From Clostridia bacterium (GTDB lineage: Bacteria; Bacillota; Clostridia; CAKSNL01; HGM11501), in the NCBI GenBank assembly GCA_045644565.1, contig JAZRHF010000052.1:5402-69401 (forward strand): a stretch of 64,000 nucleotides of DNA, given 5' to 3'. Below the pieces are notes generated by a model that was not told the DNA's origin, made no database searches, and was given only the letters and a program-made list of their open reading frames with translations. The position numbers and the translations under genes are program-made. Shown in pieces: positions 5,848 to 15,630 of the stretch; position 1 is the stretch's first letter; each line of letters starts with the position of its first letter.

Positions 5848-6597
5848 ATGTTAGGTCTGGTATCGGTTTCTTTCCGCAAGCACAGCGTTGAAGAAATAAT
5901 TTCCGCTGCCAAAAATGCAAATCTTAAATACATCGAATGGGGCAGCGACATTCACGCCCCCAAGGATGATTCGGAAAAACTTAATAAAATAAAAAAGCTT
6001 CAGGACGAAAACGGAATTATCTGCTCCTCCTACGGAACATATTTTGTAATAGGCGAATCCGCTTCCGATGAATTACAAGGCTACATTAACGCCGCAAAAA
6101 TGCTCGGAACAAATATTTTGAGGCTGTGGTGCGGGAATAAAAATTATGAAGACTATTTAGAAGAAGAGCGTGCAACACTTATTGACCTTTGCAAAAAATA
6201 TGCTCTTATCGCAGAAAAAAACGAAGTATATTTATGTATGGAATGTCACAACAATACCTTCACCAACTGCCTCGAGGGTGCCAAAACGCTTATGGAAAGC
6301 GTAAATTCAAAAAATTTCTTAATGTATTGGCAACCGAATCAGTTCCGCAGTTTTTATGAAAACATTGAATATGCTAAAGAAATATCGCCATACACCAAAG
6401 TTTTGCACGTATTTAACTGGAAGGGAACAGAAAAATTCCCTCTCAACGATGCTGTTGACACCTGGGTGCAATACTTAAAATGTTTCCCCGAAAACATTTT
6501 CTGTTTGCTTGAATTTATGCCTGATAACAACATTTCATCCTTACCCATTGAAGCAGATTCCCTCAAAAAAATAAAAGATCGGAGGACTTCCTTATGA
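5848..6597 (+). CDS. sugar phosphate isomerase/epimerase (xylose-isomerase-like TIM barrel)
   Basis: About 250 aa from the ATG at 5848. Family-typical segments are IEWGSD, RLWCG and ECHNNT. An ATGA overlap couples it to the next gene. Confidence 0.75.
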   Translation: MLGLVSVSFRKHSVEEIISAAKNANLKYIEWGSDIHAPKDDSEKLNKIKKLQDENGIICSSYGTYFVIGESASDELQGYINAAKMLGTNILRLWCGNKNYEDYLEEERATLIDLCKKYALIAEKNEVYLCMECHNNTFTNCLEGAKTLMESVNSKNFLMYWQPNQFRSFYENIEYAKEISPYTKVLHVFNWKGTEKFPLNDAVDTWVQYLKCFPENIFCLLEFMPDNNISSLPIEADSLKKIKDRRTSL

Positions 6598-7595
6598 AAA
6601 GTATTTTCTTATGCAATAATCCAAATGCCGTAAAGAAAGTTTTTTCTTCCGAAACAATAAAGCTTCTGTCGGAAAAAACAGGTCTTTCTTCCGACTGCTT
6701 CACGGAAAATGATTTAAGCTTAAGTCCCGATAAATTCAAAGACACCAGATATATATTTTCAACTTGGGGAATGCCCGAATTAACGGAAGAGCAGATAGAA
6801 AAATACCTGCCTTCCCTGGAATGCATATTTTATGGTGCAGGCTCTGTGCAAAGCTTTGCAAGACCATTTCTTAACCGTAACATAAAGGTGTTCAGTGCCT
6901 GGGCCGCAAATGCCATTCCCGTTGCAGAATATACCTCTGCGCAAATAATCCTTGCCAACAAAGGCTTTTACAGACTTTCCCGTGAACTTAAAGAAAAGGA
7001 TTACAGCGAGGTTAAAGCAAGTGCAAAGGATTTCCCCGGAAACTACGAAGCAACTCTCGGCATTATCGGTGCCGGAATGATAGGCAAAAAAGTAATCGAA
7101 TTGCTTAAAAACATCAATATCCGCATATATGTTTTTGACCCTTTTCTCCCGGACGAAAAAGCCGAAGAACTAAACGTTAAGAAGACTACTCTTGAAGAAA
7201 TTTTCGCACAGAGCGACGTTATATCCAACCACCTGGCTGACAACGATGATACAAAGGGAATGTTGGGTTACGATCTGTTTTCAAAAATGAAGCCGAATTC
7301 AACCTTTATAAATACAGGAAGAGGTGCCCAGATAGTGGAAAAAGACCTGAGTAAAGTATTAAGGGAAAGGCCTGACATCACCGCAATACTTGATGTAACG
7401 AACCCCGAGCCTCCCAAAAAGAATTCGCCTTTTTACACTCTTGATAACTGCATCATTACTCCCCACATCGCAGGCTCTTATTCAAACGAGTTTCGCCGTA
7501 TGGGAGACTATATGAGGGATGAATTTCTTCTTTATTCAGAAAACAAACCCACACGCTACGAAGTCACTTTTAAAATGCTTGAAACAATGGCATGA
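6594..7595 (+). CDS. D-isomer-specific 2-hydroxyacid dehydrogenase family, NAD-binding
   Basis: Rossmann motif GIIGAGMIGKKV. C-terminal TPHIAG catalytic-His motif. Confidence 0.85.
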   Translation: MKSIFLCNNPNAVKKVFSSETIKLLSEKTGLSSDCFTENDLSLSPDKFKDTRYIFSTWGMPELTEEQIEKYLPSLECIFYGAGSVQSFARPFLNRNIKVFSAWAANAIPVAEYTSAQIILANKGFYRLSRELKEKDYSEVKASAKDFPGNYEATLGIIGAGMIGKKVIELLKNINIRIYVFDPFLPDEKAEELNVKKTTLEEIFAQSDVISNHLADNDDTKGMLGYDLFSKMKPNSTFINTGRGAQIVEKDLSKVLRERPDITAILDVTNPEPPKKNSPFYTLDNCIITPHIAGSYSNEFRRMGDYMRDEFLLYSENKPTRYEVTFKMLETMA

Positions 7596-7596
7596 T

Positions 7597-7634
7597 AAAA
7601 GCCCTGCCCGTGTAAATACGGGCAGGGCTTTTTT
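7597..7634. terminator. bidirectional intrinsic terminator
   Basis: GCCCTGCCCG-8 nt-CGGGCAGGGC flanked by an A-run and a T-run. Confidence 0.8.
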
Positions 7635-7642
7635 AGCTTTAC

Positions 7643-7990
7643 TCACACTATTTCCAGCATTTTATCCGTCTTATCTTTTATTTTTTCAACATAGGGCAAA
7701 AGTGCATCTGCATTGCATTTTGATGTGCAGCATCCGCATCCGACGCACTTTTCCCTCATAAATATATGGCTTCCGTCTGAAAACAGATGAGCATCGTTCT
7801 TACACGCCACATCGCAGGCCTTACAACCTATACATTTTTCACTTATATAAAAAATTTCAAAATTTGATTTCCGTGATTCAGGATTATGACACCACTGACA
7901 AAGCAAAGGCCAGCCTTTTAAAAACACCGTTGTTCTCATGCCGGGTCCGTCACCGGTTGAGAAACGCTGAATATTAAACACTTTCCCCAT
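7643..7990 (-). pseudogene. truncated glycyl-radical-enzyme activating protein (radical SAM); N-terminal about 115 aa only
   Basis: FSTGDGPGMRTTVFLKGWPLLCQWCHNPE plus two ferredoxin-type CxxCxxCxxxC clusters. The ORF then stops at the neighbouring terminator. The rest of the radical-SAM barrel is absent, and no glycyl-radical enzyme gene is adjacent. Confidence 0.65.
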
Positions 7991-8096
7991 TTTATATATT
8001 GTGCTCCGTTCTTAATGCAAGCAATAACAAACAAATTTATAATCGTGCAACTACTTCCAAAAAATTCCTCAACATATAAAAAGCAACACATTTCAT

Positions 8097-8132
8097 AAAA
8101 AGAGCCAAAGACTTTGGTCTTTGGCTCTTTTT
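8097..8132 (-). terminator. intrinsic terminator after the lectin gene
   Basis: 12-bp stem AGAGCCAAAGAC / GTCTTTGGCTCT flanked by A/T runs. Confidence 0.75.
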
Positions 8133-8134
8133 AT

Positions 8135-10594
8135 TTATTCTGAAATTTTAACGGTCTTTGTTTCTCCGTCCCAGGCCACATTATAGCCAAGCTGTTCTGT
8201 TACAAAACGAACGGGGATAAATGTTCGTCCGTCTTTAATCATAGGCGGTACGTCCAGAGTGTATCTTACTCTGCCGTATTTTGAATCTGTTACATAGCAA
8301 AGGTCGTTCATAATCTGAAGCTCGATTTTTACCTTGTCGGTTGTGATGCCTATTTTTCTCTTTGTTCCGTCCCAGGTAATTTCAGCACCCATTTCTTCTA
8401 AAAGTCCACGGAGAGGAATCATGGTTCTTCCTTCATCTATAAAGGGGGCAACGTCAATTGCCTTTTCAGATACAATGCCGTTTTCAGAGCTTACAATTAT
8501 ATTGCTGTAAATCTGAAGGGAATAATAATTACTTCCCTTTCTGCCCTCTCTGCTTCCTATGGTTTCGTATAAAACAAGCTCACCGCAGGTTGCATAGCCT
8601 TTTGAACCTTCTGTAATTTCTATTTCAACAAACTTTGCTTTGAGAGGCTCATCGAATATAATTCTCTGCATTTCCTTTTTAGATTCAAAGCTTAAATCTT
8701 CAGCCGCAAGAACATAGTCCACGCCGTCTTCGCTTGTCCAGATATTAAACTTTGTCCAAACGCCGTTAATGTTTCCTTCTCCGTCAACTCTTGCATAATA
8801 GTCCATTGAAGGAATTACGTACACGTTATCAAGCTCGATATAAAGTGTCATGGGGAACTTACCCTTATCCGCAGGACTAGAGTGCCATGCACGGGAAGAA
8901 GCACCGTCAAAAAGGAAGTGGGTGCCGTTGTTTTCGTTCCACACGCTTGTGGCATCAACGCTTGTAACGGATGTTTCGGGGATTTTAACAAGCTTATTTT
9001 CTTTATTGTAGCTTACGAAAGCATCAATGCTTTCTGCTGTTTCAAAAGCCTTGTTGCTCTTCATTAAGTCAAACTCTGCACAGGTACCGTAGTCGCTTAT
9101 AGAAGTAAGGGATTTGAAGCGAAGCTTTTTAACTTTTACATTTTGGGAGAAATATGCCTGCTTTACGCTTGCGTCATCATCGAATGTGCCTTCTTCAATT
9201 TTTACCCATTCACCCTCGTCAGTTTCGGAGGCATAAATTTCATAGCCTGTTACAATACCTGCATTATGTCCTGTTCTTGGGGTATATACGAAACCTGATA
9301 TCTCTCTTAAGTCAGGAAATGTTATATCAAGGTGATGGGGGCCTTTTACCATATCAATAACCTGGGAGCCTCCGTCATCGGTAAAGTCGGAATGCCAGTA
9401 GGTTGCCGCGTTTCCGTCAATCGCCTTGGTTGCGGGATAGTACGGAAGTCTCTGGGAAGATGCCTCTATCTTCCAGAGGTTTTTATCCTCGTAATATTCG
9501 CTTTCCTTTTTTGTTTCTTCTTTAATATAAGTTGTACCGTAGCCGATGCTGAGGACGCTGTCTCCGATTTTTACATCGGAAGGAGCTTTTGCCGATGATT
9601 CAATTCCCTTTATAAGGTCAAATTCTGCGCAGGTACCGTAGGATGCCTGGCTTTCTTTAATTACGAAAATTATGCTCTGAGCCTTTACGGAAAATCCGAA
9701 ATCGACATTTATTACCTCTTTACCTACACTTAAAACGCCCTCGTTAATTTTTACCGCCGTGCCTTCTTTTCCTGATGCGGCATAAATTTCGTAGGCTTTA
9801 ACCTTGCCTGTATCTATGGCATCCTGTCTCGGCGTATAGGCAAAGCCCGAAACCACCGTTTCGGAAGGAAGGACAAAGCTTATATAAAAGGGCGGATCAT
9901 CCTTGCCGTCAATCGTTTTATTGTCTGCGGTGTAGTAATTTGAATGCCAGAAGGTGTTGCTGTTTCCGTCAATCATATATTCCGCTTTTTTAGCTGCAAA
10001 TGTGCTTGAGCAATATATCTGCCATCCTGTCTTACCAACATATCCTGTTGCAGTAGGAGCGGCTCCGGTATTGCCGGAGGGCTTCTCGCCTTCGCCCTCT
10101 CCCTTTATAAAATCAAGTTCCAAACAGGTTGCATAGCCCTTTGTTCCTTCGTTTATTGTAAAGCGGATATATCTTGCTGTTATGTTTTTGCCAAAGGAAA
10201 TATTCTGTGGTTCCTTCTGAACATTCGCAGAAAGGCCTGTTACAGCCTTTTCAAAGTTTGTTCCGTCCTTACTTATCTCAACGTCGAAATTACTCCATAC
10301 GCCGTTGATGTTTCCCTCGGCATCAACCCTTGTATAATAGGTAATTCCGCTAAGGGTAACTTCGTTTCCGAAGTCTAAATCTAAAGTCACAGGGAACTTA
10401 TCCTTGTCATCGGGATGGGAGTGCCAGGAAGTATCAAGTTTTCCGTCAACGGCTTTAGATGCGGAGTTAAGGTCTCTCCATACGCTGGAGGCTTTAGCCG
10501 TAATTCCGTCCTTTGACAAAAGTTCTTCCGCAAACGCAGGAACGGAAAACGCCACTAAAAGGGCAAGTACAAGTATTAATATTTTCTTCATCAT
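8135..10594 (-). CDS. secreted protein with four F5/8-type-C (discoidin/CBM32-like) domains and two C-terminal copper-amine-oxidase-N-like domains
   Basis: Signal peptide MMKKILILVLALLVAFSVPAFA. Four repeats each contain DG...WHS (TSWHSHP, TFWHSNY, TYWHSDF, RAWHSSP). The C-terminal repeats read TMIPLRGLLEEMGAEITWDG and TFIPVRFVTEQLGYNVAWDG. Confidence 0.85.
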   Translation of the reverse strand: MMKKILILVLALLVAFSVPAFAEELLSKDGITAKASSVWRDLNSASKAVDGKLDTSWHSHPDDKDKFPVTLDLDFGNEVTLSGITYYTRVDAEGNINGVWSNFDVEISKDGTNFEKAVTGLSANVQKEPQNISFGKNITARYIRFTINEGTKGYATCLELDFIKGEGEGEKPSGNTGAAPTATGYVGKTGWQIYCSSTFAAKKAEYMIDGNSNTFWHSNYYTADNKTIDGKDDPPFYISFVLPSETVVSGFAYTPRQDAIDTGKVKAYEIYAASGKEGTAVKINEGVLSVGKEVINVDFGFSVKAQSIIFVIKESQASYGTCAEFDLIKGIESSAKAPSDVKIGDSVLSIGYGTTYIKEETKKESEYYEDKNLWKIEASSQRLPYYPATKAIDGNAATYWHSDFTDDGGSQVIDMVKGPHHLDITFPDLREISGFVYTPRTGHNAGIVTGYEIYASETDEGEWVKIEEGTFDDDASVKQAYFSQNVKVKKLRFKSLTSISDYGTCAEFDLMKSNKAFETAESIDAFVSYNKENKLVKIPETSVTSVDATSVWNENNGTHFLFDGASSRAWHSSPADKGKFPMTLYIELDNVYVIPSMDYYARVDGEGNINGVWTKFNIWTSEDGVDYVLAAEDLSFESKKEMQRIIFDEPLKAKFVEIEITEGSKGYATCGELVLYETIGSREGRKGSNYYSLQIYSNIIVSSENGIVSEKAIDVAPFIDEGRTMIPLRGLLEEMGAEITWDGTKRKIGITTDKVKIELQIMNDLCYVTDSKYGRVRYTLDVPPMIKDGRTFIPVRFVTEQLGYNVAWDGETKTVKISE

Positions 10595-10603
10595 TACCCC
10601 TCC

Positions 10604-13348
10604 TTAATTAAGATGGCTTAATACAGCTTTTGCCGCATCAACATTTGCTGTTCGCTGACTTATCGCAAATGCTCCGTCACCTATATCATTTATGCTCCAT
10701 CCGAAGCATTCTGAAAGAAGACTTACGGGAACATAAATGATGCCGTCTACCGCCTTGGTGGGATTTGTGATTGCCTTATCCTCACCGTCGATTGTTGCAA
10801 GATTTGTTCCGAGATAGGTGTAAATCCACTGATAATCTGTAATTTCGTTATTTGTAAGCTCGTGTGTCTTTATATAGATTACATTTTTCTTATAATCATA
10901 AGTTGCCTTTGTTTCGCCCCAGCCCATAATGTCATCAAGTGCCACAAGAGGGATGTATAAGGTGCCGTTTTCGGCAAAAGCCTTAACTTTAGTATCCTTT
11001 TCATAAACATTCATCTTTGCACCGTCAACTATCATTTTGGAGCTTCCTGCCTTAAGTATGGTTGTATCGGAAAGAGCCGCTCTTTCCTCCTTTGTTAAAG
11101 TCTTAGGCTGAATTTCCGTATAAAGATAGTTAAATCTTCCCACGGGAGCGGAGTTTCCTTCCGTGTAGAAAAGAAGCAAATCGCCGCCGCATACAATGTT
11201 ATCGGTTATTTTGAATTCAAAATCAACCACATCAATTTCGCCAAGCAAAGCAGCGGAAACCTTGATTATAGCCGTATCTCCGAAGATTTTTATTTCCGCA
11301 TCTCCAATATCCGTAAGCTCATATCCGTTTGAATTAAAGGCAGAAACCTTTCCTTTAGAGGATACATTTACGGCATAGTCATAGCCTTCCCAGCCCGTTG
11401 CATAGTTTCTGTCTCCATTAATGTAAATGTTCATAAAGCCGGGATTATTATCAATTACATTATTTTCGCACTTCACATAGAAATAGAAGTTTTCGCTGTC
11501 ACGGGCAACCTTTGATGATGCAATGGAATTTACAACCTCTGTTTTATAAACATAATGCTCGTTTGTTTCATAGTTTCTGTAGCCAAGCTCGTCACGCTCA
11601 TAATCACCGAAATAGTTGTAGAAGGTAGGTCCAACCGTTTCCCATGCATCGGGTGTCATCATATCGCCCGAAACTTCACCGCTTGCCACGGGTGCAGGTC
11701 TTACGCCCTTATACTTACGGACAAAGTCTGTAAGGAGCATATAATAGGTATCCTTAAGCGCACCCTTGTAAGGCTCGAAGTCACGGCTGTTTTCATCATC
11801 AAAAAGATCGATAAAGGCATTGGGGAATCCGTAATAATCCTTGCCGCGGGCTGTGTTCATTTCATTCCATCCGTCAACAAAAACGATTTCAGGATCAACC
11901 GCTAAAACTTTCGATGCCTGTTCACGTAAGAAATATCCTTCCAAAAGTGCTTCGGGGCGATAGTCTTCGCCGAAAGCCTCTGTATAGTTTTTACCCTTGG
12001 TGTACTTATCTGAAAATACGCCTGTACCTGAATAGTTATATACATAGGAATGGTTTATCGCCATTCCGAGGTTTACCATTTCAACTCTGCCGGATTCTGT
12101 TATGCCCCATTCGTGCTGAGGATAGTTGAGAAGCCAATGCCAGTATTTACCTGTTTCGTTGTAAGCGCCCGTCTCTCTGCTTCCCGTTTCACGGAAGGTG
12201 AAAAAGTCGGTGAGCTTATTAGCCAGCGCCACTTCCTCTGTATCTTCGGGAAGTGTAGCCTTTATAAAGGTTCCCGGCTCGTTGCATACAAGCATAGGCT
12301 TTCCGTCAAGATAATACCACAAATCCTTATAGTATTCATTGTGACAAAGATTGAAATATATTGCTTCAAGTAAATTCCATCTCAATTCAGCGGTGGAGCC
12401 CATCTGCATATAGCAGGTAATCTTCGGAACGTCAACGCCGTCCGCTCTTGCATCGTGGTAAGCTTTGAGCATTACGGTAAGTGCTTTTACATATGCGGCA
12501 TCGCCATTGGTATAGTCTAAAAATACCGCATCAACACCGCTTGCTGCCATAAGCTCTGCTGCCTTTCTGTAGTGCCAGTAGTCGGTTCCGGTATAAAATC
12601 CGTAAACAGATTCACCCCAGAATGCAGGACCACTTGTAGGCCATGCAGAGTGGTAAAAGTCATCCTTTGCTTCGGGATGCTTTGCAATAATCTCGCTTGC
12701 TATATATGCCTTACTGTCGTGAATATGCCAGTCGTGATAGAACATAACAACTTCGTGCTTGCCCTCTTTCACGTCGCCTGCTTCTTCATAGTCTGCCACC
12801 TTATGTCCTGCCGCATCGGTTGCCACCCAGGTATCTGCATACACGTCGATAATTTCAGAATTAGGAACGGGTGTAACAGCCTTGGGATCAACCCATTCTT
12901 CCTTTGAAAGTCTCACGTCGTGAAGGTAGATATGTTCAGACTTTGAGTAGTTATGCTTTATGTATAAGTTGTGTTTCCCCGAAAGAGGTTCGATGTTTGT
13001 TCCGTAAATGATAGGTGTGCTTGTCTCATCGTTTGTTACGATGTAGCCGATGCACTTACCCTTTATGGGATCATCAATATAAACGCGGAAGGTTTCACCG
13101 TTTTCTCCATACATAAGAATGTTGCTTACGGAAATTCTCACGGATTTAACGTCTGTAAAATCAACATCGTTAAAGCCGATATATCCCCCTTCCGACCATT
13201 TTCCAGCTTTGCCTGATGTAATTGCAACTCCGGTTTCGGATTTTACATCGATGTCACCTATGCCAAGCACCGTTTCATTTGCCGAAACAGAAATGCAAAA
13301 TGACAAAAGCAAGCAAAGTGTGATAATTAATGCAGATACTCTTTTCAT
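10604..13348 (-). CDS. secreted CBM6-like / putative glycoside-hydrolase protein with C-terminal copper-amine-oxidase-N-like domains
   Basis: 914 aa with a signal peptide and an N-terminal CBM6/35-like module. The central ~450-aa domain is aromatic-rich and its family is not assignable by eye. Two C-terminal LYIPLVAL / IIYVPVSLL repeats. Confidence 0.75.
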   Translation of the reverse strand: MKRVSALIITLCLLLSFCISVSANETVLGIGDIDVKSETGVAITSGKAGKWSEGGYIGFNDVDFTDVKSVRISVSNILMYGENGETFRVYIDDPIKGKCIGYIVTNDETSTPIIYGTNIEPLSGKHNLYIKHNYSKSEHIYLHDVRLSKEEWVDPKAVTPVPNSEIIDVYADTWVATDAAGHKVADYEEAGDVKEGKHEVVMFYHDWHIHDSKAYIASEIIAKHPEAKDDFYHSAWPTSGPAFWGESVYGFYTGTDYWHYRKAAELMAASGVDAVFLDYTNGDAAYVKALTVMLKAYHDARADGVDVPKITCYMQMGSTAELRWNLLEAIYFNLCHNEYYKDLWYYLDGKPMLVCNEPGTFIKATLPEDTEEVALANKLTDFFTFRETGSRETGAYNETGKYWHWLLNYPQHEWGITESGRVEMVNLGMAINHSYVYNYSGTGVFSDKYTKGKNYTEAFGEDYRPEALLEGYFLREQASKVLAVDPEIVFVDGWNEMNTARGKDYYGFPNAFIDLFDDENSRDFEPYKGALKDTYYMLLTDFVRKYKGVRPAPVASGEVSGDMMTPDAWETVGPTFYNYFGDYERDELGYRNYETNEHYVYKTEVVNSIASSKVARDSENFYFYVKCENNVIDNNPGFMNIYINGDRNYATGWEGYDYAVNVSSKGKVSAFNSNGYELTDIGDAEIKIFGDTAIIKVSAALLGEIDVVDFEFKITDNIVCGGDLLLFYTEGNSAPVGRFNYLYTEIQPKTLTKEERAALSDTTILKAGSSKMIVDGAKMNVYEKDTKVKAFAENGTLYIPLVALDDIMGWGETKATYDYKKNVIYIKTHELTNNEITDYQWIYTYLGTNLATIDGEDKAITNPTKAVDGIIYVPVSLLSECFGWSINDIGDGAFAISQRTANVDAAKAVLSHLN

Positions 13349-13374
13349 TTTTATTCCCCCTTAATTTATTTATA

Positions 13375-13402
13375 AGTATATCATTTTCTGTTAACTCCAT
13401 CA
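13375..13402 (-). promoter_or_regulatory. promoter candidate for the 914-aa/819-aa gene pair (TTGATG-16 bp-TATACT on minus strand)
   Basis: Read on the reverse complement. The -10 lies about 27 nt upstream of the GGGGGA RBS/ATG. Confidence 0.45.
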
Positions 13403-13408
13403 ATACAC

Positions 13409-13441
13409 CGAAGCGACCTTTTTCTTGCACAAAAGCGACCT
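13409..13441 (-). promoter_or_regulatory. tandem direct repeat AAGGTCGCTT x2 (22-bp period) abutting the -35
   Basis: Plus-strand AAGCGACCTT at 13410-13419 and 13432-13441. The position is typical of an activator site. Confidence 0.4.
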
Positions 13442-13470
13442 TGCTTCATTTTCCCTGCTTTTATTATAAC

Positions 13471-13499
13471 AAAAGAGTCATTGACTTTCAATGACTCTT
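13471..13499 (-). terminator. hairpin terminator after GH2 gene
   Basis: 13-bp perfect stem AAAGAGTCATTGA / TCAATGACTCTTT with a 3-nt loop. Confidence 0.55.
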
Positions 13500-13536
13500 T
13501 GATGCAAATATTGAATTTTTATTGATTTTTATTGAT

Positions 13537-15267
13537 TTAATCTTCAATTGCCGCTTTCTGTGTGTTGATTCTTCTGAAAATTTCAGGGTCGAACTTAAAC
13601 CTGCGGTCGTAGGTCAAAAGTCCGTTTACCTCCTGCTCCACATCGTAAAGCTGGGTATAGCAAAAGCCCATAATATTTTCGTTGAATAAAATGGCTTCTG
13701 TTAAACCTTTATATCTTTCGATAAATTCATCTTCAGTTTTGGGAGCGTTTCCATATCCCCAACTGTTGCTGTCTTGTCCCGACCATCTCGCTCCGCCGTA
13801 TTCGCTTATGAATGCAGGAAGCTTGCCGTCATAGGTCTGACGGTTTTTCTGTGCAGGATTTCTCTGTATCTGACAGTTCAATTTTCCATCCTTATAAAAT
13901 TCAGCAAATTCACAGGGATTCTGCCAATAATCGTGAACGTCAAAAATATCTGTTACAACGTGGAAATTACCGCTTGTATCAATGCAGGGACGTGTGGGAT
14001 CAATCGCCTTTGTAACGTTGTAAACCATTTTTATTACACCGTCATACTGCTTTCTGCCATTCTGATCCCAGGTTTCGTTAAAAGGACACCATCCGATAAA
14101 GGAAGGATGAGAAAAATCACGCTCCAAAGTTTCCATCCATTCGGGAAGGAAATTTTCTATTGCCGCCATTTCGGTTATGTCAAGTCCCCAGTTGGCGTGT
14201 TCTCCCCAAACCATATAGCCGAGACGGTCAGCCCAATATAAAAAGCGTTCTTCAAACATTTTTTCGTGAAGTCTTCCGCCGTTAAAGCCAAGCTGCATTG
14301 CATAAATTATATCGTTTTTAAGTGCTTCATCCGTGGGGGCGGTGTAAATTCCGTCGGGATAAAAGCCCTGATCAAGAACCCATCTTCCGAATACGCTTTT
14401 TCCGTTAAGTAAAAACTTTTTGCCGGAAAGTGCCACACTGCGAAGTCCGAAATAGCACTTTACTTCATCAACTGTAATTCCGTTCTTTTTAACTGTGAAA
14501 GCAACATTGTAAAGTCTTCCTTCACCAAGCTCCCAAAGGTGCTTTTCAGAAAGCTTTACATCAATTACGGCAACATCCGATGAAGACTTAACAAAGCCTT
14601 CACCTACAACCTTACCCTCGTATGTAACCGCTGCTGAAATTTCCGCACCAATTCCGTCCGACAGCTTAAGAGTGAAATTTGCCGAAGGTGTTTCAATGTC
14701 TGTAATTGTGCGGATGTTTTTAATATGGCACTTATCTACACACTCAAGCCACACCGTCTGCCAGATACCTGTTGTTCTTGTGTATAAGCAACCGTATGAA
14801 TTAAGCCTTTTGCTCTGCTTTCCCGTGCATTGTTTTTCGCTTCTTGTATCATCATAGGCTACTACCGATATATAGTTTCCACTATCCTTCAAAGCATCCG
14901 TTATATCAAAGGAAAAAGAAGAATAGCCGCCCTTATGTTCTCCCACAAAAGTACCGTTTACGAAGACCTTTGCATGATAGTCTACGGCTCCGAAATGAAG
15001 AATAACCCTTTCGCTTCTTTCTTCGGGAAGGTCGAAATCCCTTCTGTACCATACGGCGTTCATAAAGTCCTTATTGCCGATGCCCGAAAGCTCACTTTCG
15101 GGGCAGAAAGGAACAACTATTTTCTCATCAAGGCTCTCTCTTTTGAAAAATTCTTTTTCCTCTCCCGCTTTGGCATTATCTATTTCAAAATCCCACTCGC
15201 CGTTTAAGCAAATCCAGTTTTCTCTCTCCAACTGCGGTCTGGGATAGTCAAATCTCGGTATATTCAT
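13537..15267 (-). CDS. glycoside hydrolase family 2 protein (beta-galactosidase/beta-glucuronidase-like), cytoplasmic
   Basis: ATG at 15267 preceded by AGGAGGA. The N-terminus MNIPRFDYPRPQLERENWICLNGEWDFE and the overall domain pattern are typical of GH2. Confidence 0.85.
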   Translation of the reverse strand: MNIPRFDYPRPQLERENWICLNGEWDFEIDNAKAGEEKEFFKRESLDEKIVVPFCPESELSGIGNKDFMNAVWYRRDFDLPEERSERVILHFGAVDYHAKVFVNGTFVGEHKGGYSSFSFDITDALKDSGNYISVVAYDDTRSEKQCTGKQSKRLNSYGCLYTRTTGIWQTVWLECVDKCHIKNIRTITDIETPSANFTLKLSDGIGAEISAAVTYEGKVVGEGFVKSSSDVAVIDVKLSEKHLWELGEGRLYNVAFTVKKNGITVDEVKCYFGLRSVALSGKKFLLNGKSVFGRWVLDQGFYPDGIYTAPTDEALKNDIIYAMQLGFNGGRLHEKMFEERFLYWADRLGYMVWGEHANWGLDITEMAAIENFLPEWMETLERDFSHPSFIGWCPFNETWDQNGRKQYDGVIKMVYNVTKAIDPTRPCIDTSGNFHVVTDIFDVHDYWQNPCEFAEFYKDGKLNCQIQRNPAQKNRQTYDGKLPAFISEYGGARWSGQDSNSWGYGNAPKTEDEFIERYKGLTEAILFNENIMGFCYTQLYDVEQEVNGLLTYDRRFKFDPEIFRRINTQKAAIED

Positions 15268-15366
15268 AAAATCTCCTCCTTTTTCTCTATAATACAACAA
15301 AAACCCTTTTATGTAAATGTCTTTTAGTACTTTTAAATTGACTTTTCCTACTGAAAAAGAGGGATA

Positions 15367-15624
15367 TTAAAATATCCCTCTTTCAAACAACACTATAATC
15401 CCCACAGTTGCTGTGAGAGCAAGAGGCACCGTTATGCGGAAAAGCCACTTGCTTATTTTATGATGAAAAACTATCATTCCCGATGCCGCTCCGATTCCGC
15501 CTGCTAAAATTGCTGTCAGGACAAGACAAAATTCTGATATTCTTTTCTTTCTGTATTTCGCCATAAGCTTATCAAATCCGTATAGCAGAAATACGAATAC
15601 ATTCCAGAGCGCAATATAAATCAT
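15367..15624 (-). CDS. DUF1294 small membrane protein
   Basis: 85 aa, with LYGFDKLMAKYRKKRISE followed by two TM segments. Confidence 0.75.
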   Translation of the reverse strand: MIYIALWNVFVFLLYGFDKLMAKYRKKRISEFCLVLTAILAGGIGAASGMIVFHHKISKWLFRITVPLALTATVGIIVLFERGIF

Positions 15625-15630
15625 ATCCTA

